A stretch of 56,589 nt of DNA, filler included, from Dugesia japonica (lineage: Eukaryota), in assembly GCA_001938525.1 (NCBI GenBank). It is 5 parts of 5 records of this genome, joined end to end, with 100 filler letters (N's around TTAATTAATTAA, not from the genome) between each part and the next. Parts side by side here need not be neighbours in the genome. Positions count along the whole stretch, not along the records: positions 44,753 to 56,589 come from MQRL01646305.1; 4 more parts are not named here. One strand, written 5' to 3'. The translations under genes were made by a program, and so were the position numbers. Numbering within the stretch: position 1 is the first letter of the stretch; the number at the start of each line of letters is the position of its first letter. Under the pieces are notes generated by a model. That model did not search any database and was not told where the DNA came from. It worked only from the letters and a program-made list of their open reading frames with translations. Positions 49,801-56,589 of this stretch are shown in pieces.

Positions 49801-50938
49801 CTTTTTTTTTAAATTCTCCAATTTCGATTTGGTTCCACTAAGATTTTTGAGTTGTTTTGTTTCAACAGTAAATACAAAATTTTCGTCTTTAAATGAACTC
49901 TTTAAATGTTTAAACAATTTTCTAGTAAAAAGTCAGTTTAAAAATTTTTTAGTAAAACTGTGACATCTTGCCTTCGATAAGTTGGTATTATTGTTGTTGT
50001 TGTGAGAGAAATTGTGCTGCTGGTTAGCCAGCCAATCAGAACAGTTTTTTCTCGTTTCACTGTCGCTAATTGGANNCCAGCTCATGATCACCCAGTGTGT
50101 TATCTCTTCCTGCACAATGTGTGACTTCAATAGACACACCAACTCGCAATTTTCCAAACACAACGTCCGTATATTGGCAAACACGGTCGCTCGAACCCCT
50201 TAGGAGTTCTCACAAGAATTTCCTTAACCATGGAGCTGTTTGATTGTAATCCTACTTTATTTGATTACGAACATTACTAGTTGGAAAGTTATAGACATTG
50301 CTCGTTATAAAATTTAATCAAGCATTTATATGAAAACTGAAACAAGAATCCATAAAAATTATAAGTAATTCAATACCAAATTGGTACTCAATGAGAAAAT
50401 TCGAATACTAAAATTTCCTAAATGATTACTAAAATTATTTACAAAATTATGAAATTAAATTTCCTAATTTTTAAAAATTTATTATTGAATTACTTATAAA
50501 ATTTAAGAAAAAATAAAATTAAACGAAATGTATAACCGCACTACTTTATTAGTTGTTCAAAGCTAATAATAAAATTCAAAATTGAACAGGTTAAACCAAA
50601 TAAAAACGAATTCAACTCTATAATATAATTTTGCATTACAAACATCTAACAGATTTGATGATTGTAATGATTGAAAAACTATATCGCCCGCTTTCGTTAA
50701 ATTTGATATTGATCCTGATGACAATTAGATTTTTAACATATCATTTTCAAATATTGAATGAGAAAAATCTAAATTACTATCTAAATCTAATTTATTCATT
50801 TTTCTATAATTCGCTGTTTTATTTTATAATAATTAAATTTAAATTATGGTATAATTATTGGTTTAATTTTCGACCAATCAAATTCTAAAACAGTAAAGAA
50901 ACGGGGAAGGATGTGTTCTGGCACGCTACTATCTATCC

Positions 50939-50947
50939 AATAATAAT

Positions 50948-51009
<62 letters not shown>

Positions 51010-51059
51010 NNNNNNNNNNNNNNNNNNNNNNNNNNNNNNNNNNNNNNNNNNNNNNNNNN

Positions 51060-51117
<58 letters not shown>
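50939..51117. repeat. (TAA)n microsatellite
   Basis: Near-perfect run. Confidence 0.97.
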
Positions 51118-51345
51118 TGTGAGGAAAAGTTAAATTCTTTATTAAAATTAATTTTTAATACTTATCGTGAAAAAAAGTGTATTAATGTATAAAAAAATAG
51201 AGTAATAATTAGTAAACGAGTTTTTAAAAAATAATATATTGTTGGTTATATTGCAAATTAAACTAATTTCATACTGATTTGTTTTTTTACTAATCATTAC
51301 TTATTTATTTTTGCTGTGACAGTAAATTACAAGGCTTGTATCCGG

Positions 51346-51414
<69 letters not shown>

Positions 51415-51464
51415 NNNNNNNNNNNNNNNNNNNNNNNNNNNNNNNNNNNNNNNNNNNNNNNNNN

Positions 51465-51527
<63 letters not shown>
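51346..51527. repeat. (ATT)n microsatellite
   Basis: Perfect run. Confidence 0.97.
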
Positions 51528-51765
51528 TAGATAATAAACGTTACGTTAATATTTTAATTATTTGGTGTTATTTGGTGAAATTTTTATCGGTTTGTTAATT
51601 GTAATTTTAATAATTATAATTGAATAATTTATTATAGTTTTTATAATTTATTATTGCAATATTAATAAATTTCAATTAATTGCTTCAAGAAAATTTACAT
51701 AATTAGCATATTTTAACTCTTCCTCAGAATCATGGCAGCAATCCCAATATCCCCTAACAAAAACC

Positions 51766-51766
<1 letters not shown>

Positions 51767-51826
<60 letters not shown>
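51767..51826. repeat. (TAA)n microsatellite
   Basis: Perfect run. Confidence 0.97.
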
Positions 51827-51828
<2 letters not shown>

Positions 51829-52013
51829 GAACTATTATATTCAAATTTTGTATTTTTTTTGATTTGGCATAACACGTGCGTTAACTGATTTTTTTTTAAA
51901 TCTAGGTTTTCAAAAATAATTAGAATTTAAGGGCAAAGTTGAAAACTCTATTCATCGACTTATATGTTCTAATAACATATAAATATATGTCTGAGTGAAA
52001 TATAAAGTTTACT

Positions 52014-52183
52014 ATGATGACCACATACATTGTAGACAATTTCATTAATGGAGAATTTTTACCATCTGAAATTTATAGTGATTCTCTAAATCCGGCTACT
52101 CAGGAAAAAATCGCCCGTATTGCATGTTGCTCAAATGATGACATAGAAAAAGCTGTCACTGCAGCAAAAAATGCATTTCTAAT
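52014..52183 (+). CDS. First coding exon of an aldehyde dehydrogenase, ALDH8A1-like
   Basis: MMTTYIVDNFINGEFLPSEIYSDSLNPATQEKIARIACCSNDDIEKAVTAAKNAF followed by a gtgagt donor. The ALDH N-terminus is clear; the subfamily is an inference. Confidence 0.82.
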
Positions 52184-52717
52184 GTGAGTATTATTATTTT
52201 TTTGATTGAAATTATAGTAGATTACTAATGATTGGACCGAAGAAACGAATTTTTTACTTGGCGTTTTCTTATGTCTATTGTTTTGTTTTATTTATCTTCA
52301 CATTTCAATGAAATCTTTTCATTTAGTTTTCTGTGCTTTTTTATTATTAATTATCATTAGGATTTTTATCCCATTCAGTTTGTATAAAACATCATGAATT
52401 TATTTACAGAATTATTTTTCTTGAATTTGTATTTTTTCCTTTCGATATTCTTTGTTTCAAAAATCAATAACATTTAATTAAATTTCACTTTAAATGTTGG
52501 TTCAAATCAAATTATTATTATAATTTATTTAATTGAAAAATATCTTCAGAAAATTTTCCATGTTATTTAGAATTATTTATTTAATATATTTTTAATATAT
52601 ATAAACTTTGAATGTGAAATATATACATCATAATCTATTTTATTATTACTTCCACAGTTTGAAGTATTATTTAATTCGTGTTTGAGGCTGCCAGGTGTCA
52701 AATAATAAATATATNTA

Positions 52718-52790
52718 CAGTAAAACCCCCTAATGTGGAATCCCGCCTATTTGGAAAATTTCTAATGTGGAAACAATCTCTTAAATAATT
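52718..52790 (+). mobile_element. pogo/Tigger-like TIR
   Basis: TA-CAGTAAAACCCCCTAATGTGGAA with an internal taatgtggaa repeat; partner not found. Confidence 0.5.
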
Positions 52791-52879
52791 TATTTTCTAT
52801 TGTATTAAGAGAAAAAAACTAACTGTATTAATATTATCCATTAAAGATTTTGCTACAGCAGTAAAAATTGTACATCTTA

Positions 52880-54630
52880 TAATAGCCTATTAGAAGTTTG
52901 AATGCAAAAATCTGCAGCAGCACTCAGTGACTCACATATCCTAGAAAAATGGATTATACACTTAACAGATCGTCTCTTTCTTTACGTCTAATCCCACGCA
53001 GAATCCACTCAAATGAAGGAAGAAACACGTGCATGTCGTTCCAATGAAACTAAGACGCCCTGAAAATAGTCAAAATAAATACTATGTTGATGAAGATTTC
53101 ACCTTCGCAACAAAAGAATATTTAAAAGCAGTCATAGCTTTGATTTGACCACCATCAGTCTTTGTTCTGTTCGTAGATGACAAAGCCATGGTGCCATTTA
53201 GCCTTGCTGCAGCAAGTTAACAGGCACCANTTCTCANGTGCCTGGAATACGAAATTGGGATTCTTGGTCATTATTTTATCATTGCGAGCAGACACAAGCT
53301 TACTTTATCAGCGTATGTCATCTGCATCATCAAAGCATCATTCGAATTTTCTTGTTCTGGACCATTATACAAAGCCATTAGAAGTGCGAAACATGATAGC
53401 AGTACTTTTTTCACACTTGGAAGATATGTTGAACATCTATGTAAACTGGAATCCTTTTAAGAAGTTACAAAGTACAATAGTATTGTTAAACCGATTTTTA
53501 TAACTTTTGTATATGGAGAACCAGATGATAATCCGAGATATCCAAAAACTTTGGCAGTGGTAGTTAACCAATTTAAAAAATACAATCTTAACGTTTGTGT
53601 CACAATGACACATGCTCCTGATTTATCGGCATTCAATTAAGTTGAAAGACGAAAGACACCTTACAACAAATATCTTGCCAGCATCATTCTTCTCCACGAT
53701 TCCTAATGTAACCATCTATGTGCTTCAAGATGTACTATTGATGAAAATTTAGAGAAGGAAAATTTTAAAAAAGCAGGTGAAGTGTTTTCTAAAATTTGGA
53801 GGAACATAATGTTAGATGGTCGTCCTGTTGACAAAGAGAATGTAGAGAATGCAATATTGTGTGTTGAGGATGTAAATAAAGAATAGTCTACACGTCACTG
53901 TTAAAGTTCTTAGTATATGCTGATGGCTGTGAATTGTCAATCTCTGAAATTTTGCAGAAAAATGCGATCATCCTTGCTAGAGGTATTTCAGGATCACTTT
54001 CTACCAGCGCTATTTACAGCAAGAATTACGTCAAGTGGACCGGCCATACCAGATCCTTAACGATATCGAGACAGGTGACAAATTTATGCCACTTTGGCAG
54101 AGGCTAACCATTAAATATAAGCTAGTATTCAGCAAAATTTACAATGGATAGATACCGTATGGTATGTACTGCCCAAATTTAAAACTCAAGGACATTGAAT
54201 CAAGGGTTTATAAGTAATGCCAAATCTACATGCCCTTACATGCAGCCATCATTCACCATCTTAATTGTGGTTGTTCAGATACTTGTCAAGGAAAACTAAT
54301 GGGTGTTGAAGATAAAATAGAAACCGAATGTTTGGAGACAATAATGTAAGCTACGACAGTTCTTCTGTATCCCATGCTGTCTACAGAACGATCTTTGATA
54401 TTTTTAGATCGCCATGAGAGAATGAGTAACTTAAAATCTTATTGCAATAACTTACTAATTTAAAGACAGACATTTTATTGTTATCTATAATTTGTTCTTA
54501 ATAAATTGGTTACCTCTTTAAATTCAACAATTTTTACTAAATTTAAGTCTAAGCAATATTTTGAATAAGTAATCTTGGAAACCATGAAGTTAGCTAGTCT
54601 AAATTTCTTCAAAAATAATTAATGTCCCCA
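52880..54630 (+). mobile_element. Zator transposase pseudogene
   Basis: VPMKLRRPEN, DDKAMVP, GEPDDNPRYPKT, HAPDLSAFN*VERR, TIDENLEKENFKKAGEV..IW; many stops. Confidence 0.75.
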
Positions 54631-55018
54631 GGAGAACGAGGGCAACTGAAAAGGGACATAAAGGGATGATGAGACGGAGGAGTAAAAAATTGGGTATTTT
54701 TTTGCTAAATCCTTAATGAATGCTCCTTTGTGAATACAAATGGTTAAAATTTTACAACATAAATAGAAATAAAAACTCATTATATCCAGTAATAATGAAT
54801 AATCAATCAAATAAAATATTCATTCTGTCATCAAATTTATTCAAAGTATTTATTTAAAAGTAACGGATATCGCCAAATAGTATCCGTGATACTATTTGAA
54901 TAGTATCACTAAACATGTTTTACATTTAGCGATACTATTTGGATAGTGATATTATTTGGTGCTTTCATTTTTCAACACAAAATTTTAAATAAAAAGTAAA
55001 ACCTTTATTCATAAAAGT

Positions 55019-55990
55019 TTATTCATTATCATCTAAGTATTCAATGTCTTGCTCATAGTCATTTTCATCAAAAATAACCTCGTTATTGATTTGTCCATTT
55101 TGGTTTGAAGTAGACCATGCCTCATAGAATCTTTTACCATACACATCATGTTTAGCTATATGCCAATCTTCACAGTTTGAACTAAATCCGGATGATATTA
55201 TTGAATTTTGTAAAGTTTCTGTATATCTCATTCCAAGACTCGCCAACCCACGAATTAACTAAAGATTGTGCTCGTGGTTTTGGATTGCCTGTTTTTATAT
55301 ATTCAACATATTCAGAGTTTTTCCATTCATTAATGCACAAAAATATTAAATCTTTTAATGAGCGGAAAATTCCTATATCTCCTGCTTGAATATATGGTGT
55401 TAATCCACCTGGGATGACGATCATCTCTATCTTTCGCCTACTACAATGTTCTTTAACTTTTTGACCTANNNNNNNNNNNNNNNNNNNNNNNNNNNNNNNN
55501 NNNNNNNNNNNNNNNNNNNNNNNNNNNNNNNNNNNNNNNNNNNNNNTTATAATTAATTCTTGGTTAATCCAAGATTTTGACTGAGTGGTGTATAACACAA
55601 GATTTTGTTTAGAAATGGTATCTCCATCATTACCTTTATATATTACTAGTGGCATTGCTTTTCTACCATCTGCCCAAACAGAAATTACTGCTGTAACTGT
55701 CATTTAACTAAATTCAGTTGATTTCATGACGACTTGACGTGCGCCGATTGAGTCAACGGTATTTGCTTTGGCATCTTCAAAATAAACTGCTGTTTCATTC
55801 ATAATCAAGGTTTTTTGAATATTTAAATACACAATACACGATTTCAAATATTTCATGTAATTAACAGCCCGTGCAATCAATTCAGTGTCGGATAACGTGG
55901 TCAAATTGGTAGTGGGTCTAAGACTAAAGCCATTTCTTTTCATGATCCAGTTTCCAGTGGCTTTTAACTCAATATTTAATTCTTTTCCTA
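55019..55990 (-). mobile_element. pogo-family DDE_1 transposase pseudogene
   Basis: MKRNGFSLR, MNETAVYF, ADGRKAMPLVIYKG, WINQ, IPGGLTPYIQAGDIGIFRSLK. Confidence 0.88.
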
Positions 55991-56589
55991 AATTCTCGAG
56001 TAACTTTCATCTTTCGTATTCTGAGATCTATGATCTCATCATGTAAAACTTGTTCCATTAATTTATCAACGATTAAATTAGTAAAATGAAATGTCTCTCA
56101 CTGATTATTGTCTCTATATAATGAAAAGAAATTCAATTATTAAATTCTTCAAATAAAACTAACCCACTAATGTCACTGTTAGAAACTACTGTAACACCAA
56201 AAGCCGAATTTTTCATAATAAAATATTTATTAATAAAAATAAAATCAATCTAAATAAACTGTTACAGATTAATAAAAATGTTTATAATACTGTTACAATA
56301 AAAATTACAAATAATAATAAATTTACAATCGTTAACTTGTCTTTTTGAAAAATTCACCCAAGCAATCTAAGTAAATAAACAAAAATCAATTTTCTAATAA
56401 AATCCACTATTAAATCAATATACATTCCATTTAATTGCAAATTCAGTCAATTCTAACCCACGTATATATATACCAATACAAATATAATTGCAATTACAAA
56501 TACAAATACAATTTATAAAAAATTAAAATAATATAATTAACTACAAATCCTCACAGTCACACCTCCAAAAATTAACAATAAACGCAATC

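Overview
Very AT-rich eukaryotic DNA with (TAA)n microsatellites and 45-55 nt introns, most consistent with a planarian-type flatworm (inference). It is not one locus. Four identical 100-nt linkers (44 N + TTAATTAATTAA + 44 N) join five ~11 kb scaffolds: A 1-11040, B 11141-22342, C 22443-33535, D 33636-44652, E 44753-56589. Host genes are a partial SLC16/MCT transporter (A), an apparently complete 5-exon TRAF gene with RING, Zn finger, coiled coil and MATH domains (B), and exon 1 of an ALDH8A1-like dehydrogenase (E). C and D are decayed Polinton/Maverick (adintovirus-like) endogenous viruses of two capsid lineages. Together they carry integrase, minor and major capsid, protease, pPolB and packaging ATPase. 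Five copies of a shared terminus (AGTAGRTARATAGTRGCG) are visible, two followed by bZIP-site arrays (AP-1, D-box). An unannotated ~60 aa ORF is conserved between C and D. A dispersed Penelope-type repeat carries a minimal type I hammerhead ribozyme, and a Penelope RT remnant lies in D. Mariner, hAT, pogo, Zator and Gypsy/Ginger remnants fill most of the rest. All family calls come from manual motif reading, not database searches.
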